Of a stretch of DNA of 64,000 nt, positions 39,935-49,568 are shown one piece after another. Within the stretch, counting starts at the first letter, position 1; each line of letters opens with the position of its first letter. Made by a program: the position numbers and the translations under genes. Source of the DNA: Candidatus Latescibacterota bacterium. GTDB taxonomy: Bacteria; Latescibacterota; UBA2968. The notes under the pieces are model-generated. The model was not told the DNA's origin and searched no databases. It saw only the letters and a program-made list of their open reading frames with translations. Where the stretch lies: NCBI GenBank assembly GCA_965208125.1, contig OZ242320.1, forward strand, positions 1,344,001 through 1,408,000, in the 5' to 3' direction.

Positions 39935-41257
39935 CTATGAAACAACCTCATCAAGGGCATTTCCAACCGACAGAATCAGACCATCGATGTGCTCATCCTG
40001 CGTCGGAAGACTAATCGCACACATAGTCAATCCCTGCCCGCAGAAATAGCCCTGATTGAGCAGAGACAGGAACACAGCGTGTGCCATCGCCTTGTCTGAC
40101 CGGATCGAATCGCGATAATCGTGCAACCGGTCAATGCCAAAGTGGATACCGAACACCGACCCCGTCACAACAACCTGCGCCATAACGTCCCGTTCGGTGA
40201 ACAAATCTTCCAGACCGATCTTCAGCCGATTCCCCAGACGATTCAGATGCGCGTAAGCCTCGTCCGTCATAGACTCGAGCGTCGCGATCCCCGCAGCCAT
40301 CGCAACGGCGTGACTGCTGTGGGTACCACTCTGAAAAACAGATGAAGACCCACTGGAATTATCCACCAGATCCATAATATCTGCTCGCCCGCCAAAAGCC
40401 CCAACGGGAAACCCGCCGCCGATCATCTTGCCAAAACACGTCAAATCGGGTCTGATCCCCACATGACTCTGCAGGCCACCCTTCGCCTGACGAAAACCGA
40501 CAATCTCATCGAGAATCAGCAAAATGCCGAGTTCCTCGGTAATCGCGCGCACCCGCTGGATAAAATCGTGCCGGATCGGGATAATACCTGCCTTGGGATC
40601 GAGAATCACACACGCCAGTTCATCCCGGTGGCGCGACAAAAGCCGCTCGACACTCTCCTCATCGTTATAGGGTAAAACAATCACATCCTCAAGCGCGTGC
40701 AACGCCATACCCCCCGCACTGGGAACCGCATTGGGCGCAGACGCTTCACCCGCGGATTCCAGCGGCGGGGCAGTGCTAATTTCCACAGCATCGTGACTCC
40801 CGTGGTAACCTCCCTCGAACTTCGCGATCTTCGGCCTGCCGCTGAAACATCTCGCCAGCCGGACCGCGTGCAGTGTGGCTTCGGTCCCGGAACTAACAAA
40901 CCGGATGCGCTCAACCGAAGATATGCGCTCGCACATCATCCGCGCCAACCGGGTCTCGACCCCCGTTGCAGCGCCAAGTGCAATACCATCGACTATCTGC
41001 CTCTCCACCGCTTCTACGATCGCAGGATGGTTATGCCCCAGAACCTGCGCAGTGTGGTGATTCGAGAAATCGACATAAGACCTGCCGTCAACATCTTCGA
41101 GCACACATCCCTCTCCCCGCCTCAGCGTAATCGGATACGGCGCAAAAAAATAGGCGCCCTTGGCGGCGCCGGCATTCACCGATCGACCATCCTCAAACAT
41201 CTGACGGGACATCGGCGTCAATTCGCGATATCTAACTTCAATAGTCTCTCGTGACAT
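39935..41257 (-). CDS. Class III aminotransferase, GSA-aminomutase-like
   Basis: SSGTEAT, KFEGGYHG, LDEIVGFR, FGKMIGGGFPVGAFGG, QSGT. Confidence 0.9.
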   Translation of the reverse strand: MSRETIEVRYRELTPMSRQMFEDGRSVNAGAAKGAYFFAPYPITLRRGEGCVLEDVDGRSYVDFSNHHTAQVLGHNHPAIVEAVERQIVDGIALGAATGVETRLARMMCERISSVERIRFVSSGTEATLHAVRLARCFSGRPKIAKFEGGYHGSHDAVEISTAPPLESAGEASAPNAVPSAGGMALHALEDVIVLPYNDEESVERLLSRHRDELACVILDPKAGIIPIRHDFIQRVRAITEELGILLILDEIVGFRQAKGGLQSHVGIRPDLTCFGKMIGGGFPVGAFGGRADIMDLVDNSSGSSSVFQSGTHSSHAVAMAAGIATLESMTDEAYAHLNRLGNRLKIGLEDLFTERDVMAQVVVTGSVFGIHFGIDRLHDYRDSIRSDKAMAHAVFLSLLNQGYFCGQGLTMCAISLPTQDEHIDGLILSVGNALDEVVS

Positions 41258-41270
41258 AGCACAATCTCCA

Positions 41271-42020
41271 TCACAGTTTCAACAGACGTCTCGCATTTTC
41301 TCCAAGCACCAGGCGCTTCTCACAATCGCTGATCCTTGCGGTAATAATCTTCCCCAGTTGCGTTCGCGGATCCATAAGCGGAACATCCGAACCGAAAAGT
41401 ACGCGATCGGCACCCGCTTCAGCCACCAGTCTTTCGATCACACCAAGCTCGCGGAAAGTGGAACACGTCTCGACATAAACATTCGAAAATCGCTGTGCCG
41501 CCCGGATCGCCTGACTTCTGTACGGCTCGGAATTGCCCGCATGCGCGATCACAAAATTCGCATTCGGATAGCGCCCGGCAATATCCTCAACATAAACGGG
41601 CCAACACGTCTCTTCCCCACCCGTGTGCGAAATAATCGCCAGACCGCGATCATCCGCGAACTGATAGACCGGATCCCACACCGGATCGTTCAACAGCCAG
41701 CGGGAATAGGGCGGGTAGATCTTAATCGCCAAAAATCCGAGCGCGTCAATCGCCCGTTCCAACTCCGGCACCATAAATTCGGGCATCAGGGGAGAAACAT
41801 AGGCAAAGCCGATAAACCTATCCGGATAGCGACTCACAAAAGCCGCAGTCTGATCATTACCCGTCGCGCCATCTGGATGAAAAATATTGAACATACAACA
41901 GCGATCAATGCCCACGGCATCCATCGCGTGGAGAATCTCGTCGGCATCATCGCTCATCTCAAAAATATCCCATCGACCGACGTGACCGTGAAAATCGATA
42001 ATTTCCCAACCATCAATCAT
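41271..42020 (-). CDS. Amidohydrolase_2 family protein
   Basis: IDFHGH, SHTG, AHAG, LFGSD. Confidence 0.9.
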   Translation of the reverse strand: MIDGWEIIDFHGHVGRWDIFEMSDDADEILHAMDAVGIDRCCMFNIFHPDGATGNDQTAAFVSRYPDRFIGFAYVSPLMPEFMVPELERAIDALGFLAIKIYPPYSRWLLNDPVWDPVYQFADDRGLAIISHTGGEETCWPVYVEDIAGRYPNANFVIAHAGNSEPYRSQAIRAAQRFSNVYVETCSTFRELGVIERLVAEAGADRVLFGSDVPLMDPRTQLGKIITARISDCEKRLVLGENARRLLKL

Positions 42021-42759
42021 AGAGAATCCGCTCCAGATTCGCCGCACAAATCAACCTGAGATCATCATCCGATATCTCCAAATGATGGAGCGCGAACAGC
42101 ATCGGACCCATCGCATACCGCGGGAAAAACGACCCGTACAGTAGTCGCCCTGCACCAAGCTCCCGAACGAGCTTCTCAATCCCGCAAATATTCTCATAAC
42201 GGCTGAGTTCGAGAAACGCATTGGGCAACACCCGCATCATCGGACGGATCATCATCGAATGCGTATAATGCGCGCCGACCAACACAACAGTCAGATCCGG
42301 ATACCCACCCAGCGTATCGACAATCTCAGCCGGCGGCGTATCCGCCAGCGAGACCCAGAGGGGAATACCCTCAGCACTCAGCCATGTGAGCAAATCACCG
42401 TAAAGCCACGAAACAAATGGCAGCCTGCATTCCTCGGTATTGTGCAGTCGAACGCTCGAAACGACGCCATCCCCCTGGAAATCGCACAACTGCCTCAGCG
42501 AACCGGAATCGCACCCGGCGACGAACTGGGGAACCAGCGCGTCATTTTGCCCCGTCAACGCGGCGAGCGAATCGTTTCCCCGCATCGGACTAATCCATTC
42601 GCCTTGAACGGAATAGACAAGCGCGCGACCAACCCCGTGGCGCCCCATCTCCTCGAGCAACTGATCGGGTGAATCAACTGGAGATCGCCGGTCGTGGCGA
42701 TGGCCAATCCCGACATTGGCGTCAAATACGGGAACGCGAGATCTAAAAGACAAAGACAT
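42013..42759 (-). CDS. Amidohydrolase-fold protein with degenerate metal ligands
   Basis: FDANVGIG in place of DxHxH; LLYGSFFP in place of GSD. Confidence 0.75.
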   Translation of the reverse strand: MSLSFRSRVPVFDANVGIGHRHDRRSPVDSPDQLLEEMGRHGVGRALVYSVQGEWISPMRGNDSLAALTGQNDALVPQFVAGCDSGSLRQLCDFQGDGVVSSVRLHNTEECRLPFVSWLYGDLLTWLSAEGIPLWVSLADTPPAEIVDTLGGYPDLTVVLVGAHYTHSMMIRPMMRVLPNAFLELSRYENICGIEKLVRELGAGRLLYGSFFPRYAMGPMLFALHHLEISDDDLRLICAANLERILYD

Positions 42760-42793
42760 TGCGTATAACCAAAATTTAGATGTGGAAATACAA

Positions 42794-44290
42794 TCACCCA
42801 TCGCCCCGCGCAACGACCTCCGACCAGGGAACGCCATGATGGATGTCCTGGTGCGCCTGAGACCACGTCTCCGTATCATAACCCGGAACATCCGCTGGAT
42901 TCAATCCCTCTGGGAGCGGACCGTGCATAAGCGGCGGACAGGAACGGAAGCGCAGCAAATCGATCAGCAACTTCTCCCGGACCTCGCGATAATCGGGACC
43001 ATCCCACCGGTTGATGAGTTCCCCCGGATCAATGCGATGGTCGTAGAGTTCGCTCTCATCTCCCGTAATATCCAGCGTAATCCGAAATTCCTCCGTACGC
43101 ATCGACATATGGTGATACGTCTTGACGTGTTCGCACAGCACAGCCTGCTTATTCCAGGAATCCCTGCCCTGAAGAGCGGGAACCAGGCTTCTGCCCTGAA
43201 CCGTATTGGGCGCATCAATACCCAGAATATCCATCAGCGTGGGATAGAGATCCACGGACTCCACAAACCCATCGAAAACCTCCCCCTTCGGCAACGCCGC
43301 GGGATAGCGCAGAATAAATGGCACCCGATGGATACACTCGTAAAATCCGAGATTTTTCCAGATCAGGCCGTGTTCGCCAGCAAAATCGCCGTGATCTGCC
43401 GAATAAATGACAATGGTCTCCTCCAGAATACCCTGGGATTCCAACTCTCCGAGAATGCGCCCGATCTGCTCATCAATCAGAGAGACCAGCCCGTAATAAT
43501 GGGCAATACACTTTTGCAGATGTGCCCTATCTCTGGGCCTGAACGGATAGGGAAGCTCCCCCCTTTTGGCCTGTTGCTGGCGTTCGGACTTGCCCTCAAA
43601 CGCATCCGCTGCATTATCCGGCACCGCGACCTCCTCGGGATCGTACATGCGATCAAAAGGCGCGGGCACAGTAAGCGGATCGTGTGGTCTTGCAAAAGAG
43701 ATACACGCGAAGAAAGATTTGCCCTTATCGCGCTCCCGAAGATATTTGACAGACTCATTCCCACACCAGACCTCGACCGAATGTTCCAGTGGTAGCGGCG
43801 AGGTTACCGCACATTCGGGGTGCTGTATCCACTTTCTGTTCAGGTCAAAATCATCCGCCACCCCGGCTTCGACCAGACTGCGAAAATAATCGCAACTCAG
43901 CGGGTCATCGGGCAAGGCGTCGGTCATGTGGTCAAACCGGTGATAATCGAACTCGCGGCGGGGCCAGTGGACTCCGATATGCCCCTTGCCGATGATAGCT
44001 GTTTGATACCCCACCCGCTTCAATGTAGATGTGATCGGATTCAGGTGATCGGGCGGTTCGTCCGTATTATTGTGCCGCCGGTGAAAATGCTCGTACATCC
44101 CCGTCATATAGGAAATCCGGGACGGACCACAGTGCGCGCTATTGCCATACGCCCGCGAAAACCGCACCCCCTCTCGCGCCAGACGATCCATATTCGGCGT
44201 CCGAAGCAGGGGCTCCCCAGCACAGGACATCGTGCGCGCATTGTGTTGATCGGTCAAAATCCAGAGAATATTCGGTTGTCCAGATGCCAT
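42794..44290 (-). CDS. Formylglycine-dependent sulfatase
   Basis: PNILWILTDQH, CGPSR (CxPxR), GKGH, PHDP, ADHG. Confidence 0.95.
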   Translation of the reverse strand: MASGQPNILWILTDQHNARTMSCAGEPLLRTPNMDRLAREGVRFSRAYGNSAHCGPSRISYMTGMYEHFHRRHNNTDEPPDHLNPITSTLKRVGYQTAIIGKGHIGVHWPRREFDYHRFDHMTDALPDDPLSCDYFRSLVEAGVADDFDLNRKWIQHPECAVTSPLPLEHSVEVWCGNESVKYLRERDKGKSFFACISFARPHDPLTVPAPFDRMYDPEEVAVPDNAADAFEGKSERQQQAKRGELPYPFRPRDRAHLQKCIAHYYGLVSLIDEQIGRILGELESQGILEETIVIYSADHGDFAGEHGLIWKNLGFYECIHRVPFILRYPAALPKGEVFDGFVESVDLYPTLMDILGIDAPNTVQGRSLVPALQGRDSWNKQAVLCEHVKTYHHMSMRTEEFRITLDITGDESELYDHRIDPGELINRWDGPDYREVREKLLIDLLRFRSCPPLMHGPLPEGLNPADVPGYDTETWSQAHQDIHHGVPWSEVVARGDG

Positions 44291-44298
44291 TTATCTCC

Positions 44299-44715
44299 TC
44301 ACTTTCGCGTCACCCGCAGCACACCTTCATCGGCATCCACCACCACGTGGTCGCCCGTAGCGATCAACTCAAAAGGATCCCGTTCCAATTCTGTCATCAT
44401 CGGAATCTCATTGACAATACATCCGAGCGCAGCCAATCCATCCACCTCCACATTGACAAAAGCCGCTGGCGCATTGCCCTCCAACTGTGCCAGATTTAAA
44501 ACCATAGGCGTACCCGAAGAACCTTTGGTCGAGCGAATAACCAGCACGCGCCCGCCCAGAGAAATTCCCTCCAGAGGATGTCCCACGCCGATCACCTTGC
44601 CCGTAACTGCATCCACCTCGCCCCAGAACGACAGCGTCGTATCAGCCACCAGCGCCTCGCCCTCCGCGTATCCCTTAACCACACCGTGCCCTCTAATATC
44701 AACGGTATCAGCCAT
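44299..44715 (-). CDS. Aconitase X swiveling subunit (DUF126)
   Basis: AEGEALV, LSFWGEVD, GHPLEG, TKGSS. Confidence 0.9.
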   Translation of the reverse strand: MADTVDIRGHGVVKGYAEGEALVADTTLSFWGEVDAVTGKVIGVGHPLEGISLGGRVLVIRSTKGSSGTPMVLNLAQLEGNAPAAFVNVEVDGLAALGCIVNEIPMMTELERDPFELIATGDHVVVDADEGVLRVTRK

Positions 44716-45958
44716 CTCCAGGCCACCTCCCGGCAACTGCCGCGCGTATGCAATCATCCGTCTTGGCAATAATCACTTCCGCCCCCACCATCCCTCGCGC
44801 ATAGTGCGCCTGCTTAAAACCGTGGGTCACAATGCGCTTCGCCGGAATCCGCATATTAGTCGGACAGGTATCGCAAAGAATGCGCCCGCCCGCCGCCTCG
44901 ATAATCTCCGTATAGCCCATCCTATCCGCATTCCCCTTCGTACCCCGCGCCGTATCGATCCACAGACGCACGCCTTCCGCCACCTTTTTCCCCTTCAAAA
45001 GAGCAGCAATCTTCGACAATTCATTAATAGACGCATGCGGACAGCCCAGAATTACCGAATCGATTTCATCCCCCGTGCGCACCCGTAAAGACTCATAAGT
45101 CTCCCTCAACGTCTCCGCATCAAACGTCAGATAATCCTCGGGAACATCCCCCTGAAACGCCGCATCTATCGTGGGCGCTTCTGGCGTAACACCCGCGATA
45201 TGACACATCGTCACCCCGCCCGAAGTCGCCAGCGCCGCACACAGTTGCTTGGCCTCGTCCTGAGAGGGCCGTCGCACACCATTGAACACCGGAATGCCCA
45301 AACCCGCGGCTTTCCCTGCAAAATAGCCCAGAGCACCCCAATCGGGTGGATCCTCCAACTCCGCCGTCACCTCTATCCGAAGCGTACCCTTGCGATTTTC
45401 ATCCAGCAACACGCCAAACTCCGGAACCAGACCCAGAAGCGAAGCTGCAATCGCACTCTCCGTACCGTGTCGCGTAGTCCGCGCACCCAGGATAGAATTC
45501 GCATAAACCACCGCAGACGACTCCGTCCACGCCAAAATCTCGTCCTTGAGCGGCACATTGCCCACCAGATACGGGGCACAGGTAAAAGTGGGAATAAACC
45601 CCGCATCCGCAGCCAGAACCGCCAGATCCTTCTGCATCTGCACCTGTTCGGGATCATTCTCGGGCACATCCACATCATCCAGAGTCACAAACGCCGCATG
45701 CACCGTACAGGTACATCCGGGATGCGTCCCGTGGGAACACGCCTCCACGAGATCGGCCATATATCGGTCCATTGTCTCTTTGGACGCCCCCTGAGCCATC
45801 AAATTGGGCACCGGCAGCAAAGCGTGTGTATTATCCACCTTAACCAGCCGTTTTGCCCCCATCACCTTGCCCCAATCAACCAGCCAGCGCATACACTTTG
45901 CCAGATAGTCTCCCCGTGACCCATCCAGAACTGCCTGCTGTTCTCCTGTCAGTTCCAT
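44708..45958 (-). CDS. Aconitase X catalytic subunit (DUF521)
   Basis: TCAPY, WTESSAVVYANSILGART, LGCPH, DTC. Confidence 0.92.
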   Translation of the reverse strand: MELTGEQQAVLDGSRGDYLAKCMRWLVDWGKVMGAKRLVKVDNTHALLPVPNLMAQGASKETMDRYMADLVEACSHGTHPGCTCTVHAAFVTLDDVDVPENDPEQVQMQKDLAVLAADAGFIPTFTCAPYLVGNVPLKDEILAWTESSAVVYANSILGARTTRHGTESAIAASLLGLVPEFGVLLDENRKGTLRIEVTAELEDPPDWGALGYFAGKAAGLGIPVFNGVRRPSQDEAKQLCAALATSGGVTMCHIAGVTPEAPTIDAAFQGDVPEDYLTFDAETLRETYESLRVRTGDEIDSVILGCPHASINELSKIAALLKGKKVAEGVRLWIDTARGTKGNADRMGYTEIIEAAGGRILCDTCPTNMRIPAKRIVTHGFKQAHYARGMVGAEVIIAKTDDCIRAAVAGRWPGDG

Positions 45959-45971
45959 AAAACACGCCTCC

Positions 45972-46847
45972 TCAATTGCCGAACGGATCGATACCCGCCA
46001 TCTCGTAATTCCTGATCCAGTCGTGATGGGACCGCGCCACGCTCTCCGGATTGACCCGACTTCGAGCGATAAAACCCGGCACATTCTCACGACCCGTCGG
46101 AAGCCCAATACGGCTATAGCGAACATCCAGACTCCACCTGACCGAATTTATCGTATGCGGAGTTGATCGATGCAAAACGCGCTCCATCGTCAACAATACA
46201 TCCCCCACATCGACCTCGCAGGTCACAACCTCAAAATCCGGAAGATCGCTTTCAAAGACCCCTTTAAAGTGGGGCGTTCGATAATCATGCGGCAAGAGAC
46301 CGACCTGATGAGAGCCGCGAAGCACCTGCAAACAGCCGTTATCAGCCGTCGCCTTAACCAGTGGAATCCAGAAATTGACGAACAACGTCTCTCCCGCATC
46401 CTCCGGTATGAGATACGCCAGATCCTGATGCCACGGCACCACGGTCGCTTCCAGATCTGGCAATTTGGCGCGCAGATTGGACTGCGGATGCGCGAAAATT
46501 TCAGGACCAATCAGAGATTCCGTCGCATCCAGTATAGCGGGATGCGTCCTGAGCGCGAACATCCCGGGCGTCTTAAACCTCTTCCCCTGAAAATTCTTCC
46601 AGATCCGCTCTGGCTCCGAACAAGCATTCGACACCATAGCCAATCGGGTCTCAAAAGACGCGTCGGGAAAAGTATCCCCCGGATCGAGCAATCCCTCATC
46701 CACCGCCGCGCCCACCACCTCGTCAATTTTAGCCAAAATTTCATCGACAAACGGTTGGTACGCTTCTTTGGGAAGCTGATCGCGGACGATCAAAAAACCA
46801 TCGTCGTGGAACTGCGCCACCTGTTCCACGCTCAGTCCATATTCCAT
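45972..46847 (-). CDS. PhyH-family 2-oxoglutarate/Fe(II) dioxygenase
   Basis: FHDDGFL, PWHQD, NFWIPL, NGCL, LHRS. Confidence 0.92.
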   Translation of the reverse strand: MEYGLSVEQVAQFHDDGFLIVRDQLPKEAYQPFVDEILAKIDEVVGAAVDEGLLDPGDTFPDASFETRLAMVSNACSEPERIWKNFQGKRFKTPGMFALRTHPAILDATESLIGPEIFAHPQSNLRAKLPDLEATVVPWHQDLAYLIPEDAGETLFVNFWIPLVKATADNGCLQVLRGSHQVGLLPHDYRTPHFKGVFESDLPDFEVVTCEVDVGDVLLTMERVLHRSTPHTINSVRWSLDVRYSRIGLPTGRENVPGFIARSRVNPESVARSHHDWIRNYEMAGIDPFGN

Positions 46848-46880
46848 GGGAAACCCTCCAATCAAATGAAAAATCACCCT

Positions 46881-48329
46881 TCACAACACCGCCAATATCT
46901 TCCTCACCTCATCCTCAAAAATCATCTGCCACTCAGGCGCCAGCATACAATCGCTATCTTCTTGCGCACCACCTCGATTTTCGAGTTGCTCTGCCGTTGG
47001 CGTATAATAGATATAACCATTTGTAACACCCGCGACAAAAGTGAACTTATGCGGAGACCTTTTCTTAATATTGAGACCGATCTCCACCGACAACTCTCCC
47101 GGAAACGTCACCAGAACAAATTCCCCAACCCTCAAACCCATCATCTCAACTTCAATTGTACTCGCTCCAGCGGCGACATTCCGCGCCTGATGTTTTTTAA
47201 GCAAATCCAGATTTATCTGGATCCTCGTCAATTGCTCCATCGCGTAAATATTCTCAATATATCGATTCATATTCTCTCTATTCTCGGCATCCAGCTTCTT
47301 CAAATCATCTCTCCCCATCATCTCCTCATGCAAATAACGATGAGAATAATAAGAAGGAAAATCGCGGGAAAGATTGTATTTCACATACAGAGGAATAAAC
47401 GTCTTCAAATTGAGACTCGTCCCCTTCAGCACCCCAAGCAATTGTATCTGTTCGGCCTGTAGAGATTCGATACGCTCTGCGAGATCGGCCCTCGGCAGTT
47501 TAATGGTCTCACGGATAACCTTCAATTCTCCCCCCTCACTGCTACGGATCTTCTTCAACCCCTGCAAAGTACTGAGACCCAGCATATTTCCCAGAATCTC
47601 GGCATCCCGCGGATTATTGACATCCTTGTACAAAATCGGATTGACATCACCCCCGCATCCCTGCAAAAACAGAGCAATCGTATCCTCGCTCAAATTATCC
47701 TCAATCACCCTTGACGCAAATCCGGAAATATCCGCCGTATTTTCTCTACTCGGCACCTCCAGAATCGGATGACACGCGAAATTGAAAACAACCGCCAGCG
47801 TCTCTCCATCCTCCCGGTCCAGCCGAAGAATGCCAATCTCCGGATCAACTGGCCTAACCGAAGCGACCGCCTCATCGGGCGGAAGCGAATACGCGTGGCG
47901 GACATCGGCTTCCCCTCCATTCTTCAGCACAAGCCTGCGGTTCTCCATAATCCTGTCCTCGCAGCCGGTGCCAACACCCATACGTACAGGGACCATATTT
48001 TGCCACGCCTCCACGACTGCCCGGACCGTTCGCTGTTCCACATCTGCGCAGACCTTACCGTGACAATGGCTGGCATTAATCAGAATACGCGCAGGATCGA
48101 GATTTAACTCCCTATTCAATTGCGAACGCACATTGGCGAGAAAATCATTTCTGATAGAACCGATCTCAGCTATAGCTACCGCATCTACAGTCACAATAAC
48201 AGCTATCTCATCACCAAACCTCAGAACCAGAGCTTTGACATAAAGTGGGTCATTAGCCGGTCCCGCCTCTGGATCGGTTATTACTACCTTTGCAACACCC
48301 GCCAGGAGATTTCTCGAAATCGCATCCAT
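46881..48329 (-). CDS. Neutral/alkaline ceramidase-like hydrolase
   Basis: AGVAKVVIT, DPLYVKALVL, NASHCH, NFACHP, FLQGCGGD, FPGEL. Confidence 0.7.
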   Translation of the reverse strand: MDAISRNLLAGVAKVVITDPEAGPANDPLYVKALVLRFGDEIAVIVTVDAVAIAEIGSIRNDFLANVRSQLNRELNLDPARILINASHCHGKVCADVEQRTVRAVVEAWQNMVPVRMGVGTGCEDRIMENRRLVLKNGGEADVRHAYSLPPDEAVASVRPVDPEIGILRLDREDGETLAVVFNFACHPILEVPSRENTADISGFASRVIEDNLSEDTIALFLQGCGGDVNPILYKDVNNPRDAEILGNMLGLSTLQGLKKIRSSEGGELKVIRETIKLPRADLAERIESLQAEQIQLLGVLKGTSLNLKTFIPLYVKYNLSRDFPSYYSHRYLHEEMMGRDDLKKLDAENRENMNRYIENIYAMEQLTRIQINLDLLKKHQARNVAAGASTIEVEMMGLRVGEFVLVTFPGELSVEIGLNIKKRSPHKFTFVAGVTNGYIYYTPTAEQLENRGGAQEDSDCMLAPEWQMIFEDEVRKILAVL

Positions 48330-48336
48330 ACCTTAC

Positions 48337-49461
48337 TCAAAGCCCCAGATCTCTCAGATTGTAATTTTTCAAAATACTCTCCCGCGTATCTTCATTCCAG
48401 AGATTGGCATCCTCTTCCCCAATCAGAGGCTGATAAACATAGCGAGGCTCATCTGGAAATCGCTGCTGCCGCGCATCGATTCCCAACGCGATCAAACGAG
48501 AACGCTCGTAGATACGCGCCTCGTCGTAAATCACCTCCTCATCCCCACGCCTCACCCGCGCATTCAGAACAGAAGATCGGCGGTGAAAACCAAAATTGAT
48601 CGTCATCCGTTTATCCGGCGACGTATTGGCAAAAGAAGCATGCAGAGCCTGGCGATTGGACATAACCACATCGCCTGGCTCACACACCATGGGAACCGCC
48701 CCCGGCAAACGGTCAGAACCACCGTTATCCGCAATCATCGCTTTAATATCCAGCTTGCCCTGCTTGTGCGACCCGGGAACCACCCACACCCCGTTGGCCG
48801 CAGTACTACCAAAAAGCTGAGCCATAAAATTAAACCCGTGCGTACCCTCATCCCAATCGGGCCTATCCCACTGCGTGGTACCATCCTGATGCCAGGCTAC
48901 CGATGCCCCCAGCCCCGGCTGCTTGACAATAATAGACTCCGTAAACGGCGTAAAATCCGGTCCATTGATCTGCTCTGCAACAGACAGCAGTTCGGGATGA
49001 CCATAAAGCCGCAAACAAGAATCCATAATTTGCAGTGGCGCAGCAATATTGGAAATCACATAATCCGGCGCATCAGCCGGAGGCTCTGGCTCCGTCATCC
49101 TGGCCGGATGCCGCCCATTATTGCTCGACGTACCCCCCACGGGATCGCTCAGCGGTTTGACAAAGCGAAAAGGCTGTCGCGCCAAATCCGATCCAAGTGC
49201 TTTGCGGCCCATTGAATCGACCAGCGCATCTTTAGTATGCGGCGCCCGCTCAAACGCATGCGCCAGATCCGCCTGCAAATCTTCGAGTTCCTCATCGCCC
49301 AGCGCACCCTCAAACACATAGAACCCCACGCGCCAATACGCCTCTACAATACCCTCATCCAGCGTACCGTCCGCATTAAACTTGACAGCACCGCGATTCC
49401 CAAGCGCGAACGCCATCTCCTCGCCCTCGCGGACATAAGCATCTTCTGTAGAGGTCTTCAT
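48337..49461 (-). CDS. PhyH-family dioxygenase
   Basis: AWHQDG, VVPGSH, LHASFAN. Confidence 0.9.
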   Translation of the reverse strand: MKTSTEDAYVREGEEMAFALGNRGAVKFNADGTLDEGIVEAYWRVGFYVFEGALGDEELEDLQADLAHAFERAPHTKDALVDSMGRKALGSDLARQPFRFVKPLSDPVGGTSSNNGRHPARMTEPEPPADAPDYVISNIAAPLQIMDSCLRLYGHPELLSVAEQINGPDFTPFTESIIVKQPGLGASVAWHQDGTTQWDRPDWDEGTHGFNFMAQLFGSTAANGVWVVPGSHKQGKLDIKAMIADNGGSDRLPGAVPMVCEPGDVVMSNRQALHASFANTSPDKRMTINFGFHRRSSVLNARVRRGDEEVIYDEARIYERSRLIALGIDARQQRFPDEPRYVYQPLIGEEDANLWNEDTRESILKNYNLRDLGL

Positions 49462-49492
49462 TTTATTTTCCTCTCCCAATAGTCCTGTGCGC

Positions 49493-49518
49493 GGGCGACC
49501 ACAGGGGGTCGCCCCTAC
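49493..49518 (-). repeat. REP subtype A
   Basis: GGGCGACCACAGGGGGTCGCCCCTAC. Confidence 0.9.
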
Positions 49519-49540
49519 ATCTATATCATCTTTTTTATTT

Positions 49541-49568
49541 CACACTTCACACTTCTAACTTCACACTT
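49541..49568. repeat. Heptamer tandem repeat (CACACTT-like)x4
   Basis: CACACTT CACACTT CTAACTT CACACTT immediately after a stop codon. Confidence 0.75.

Noticed and set aside
39935-41257. Assignment as hemL
   Set aside because: GSA-like, but the N-terminal and GTxxGNP motifs diverge (SGTHSSH) and the context is catabolic, so no symbol was given.
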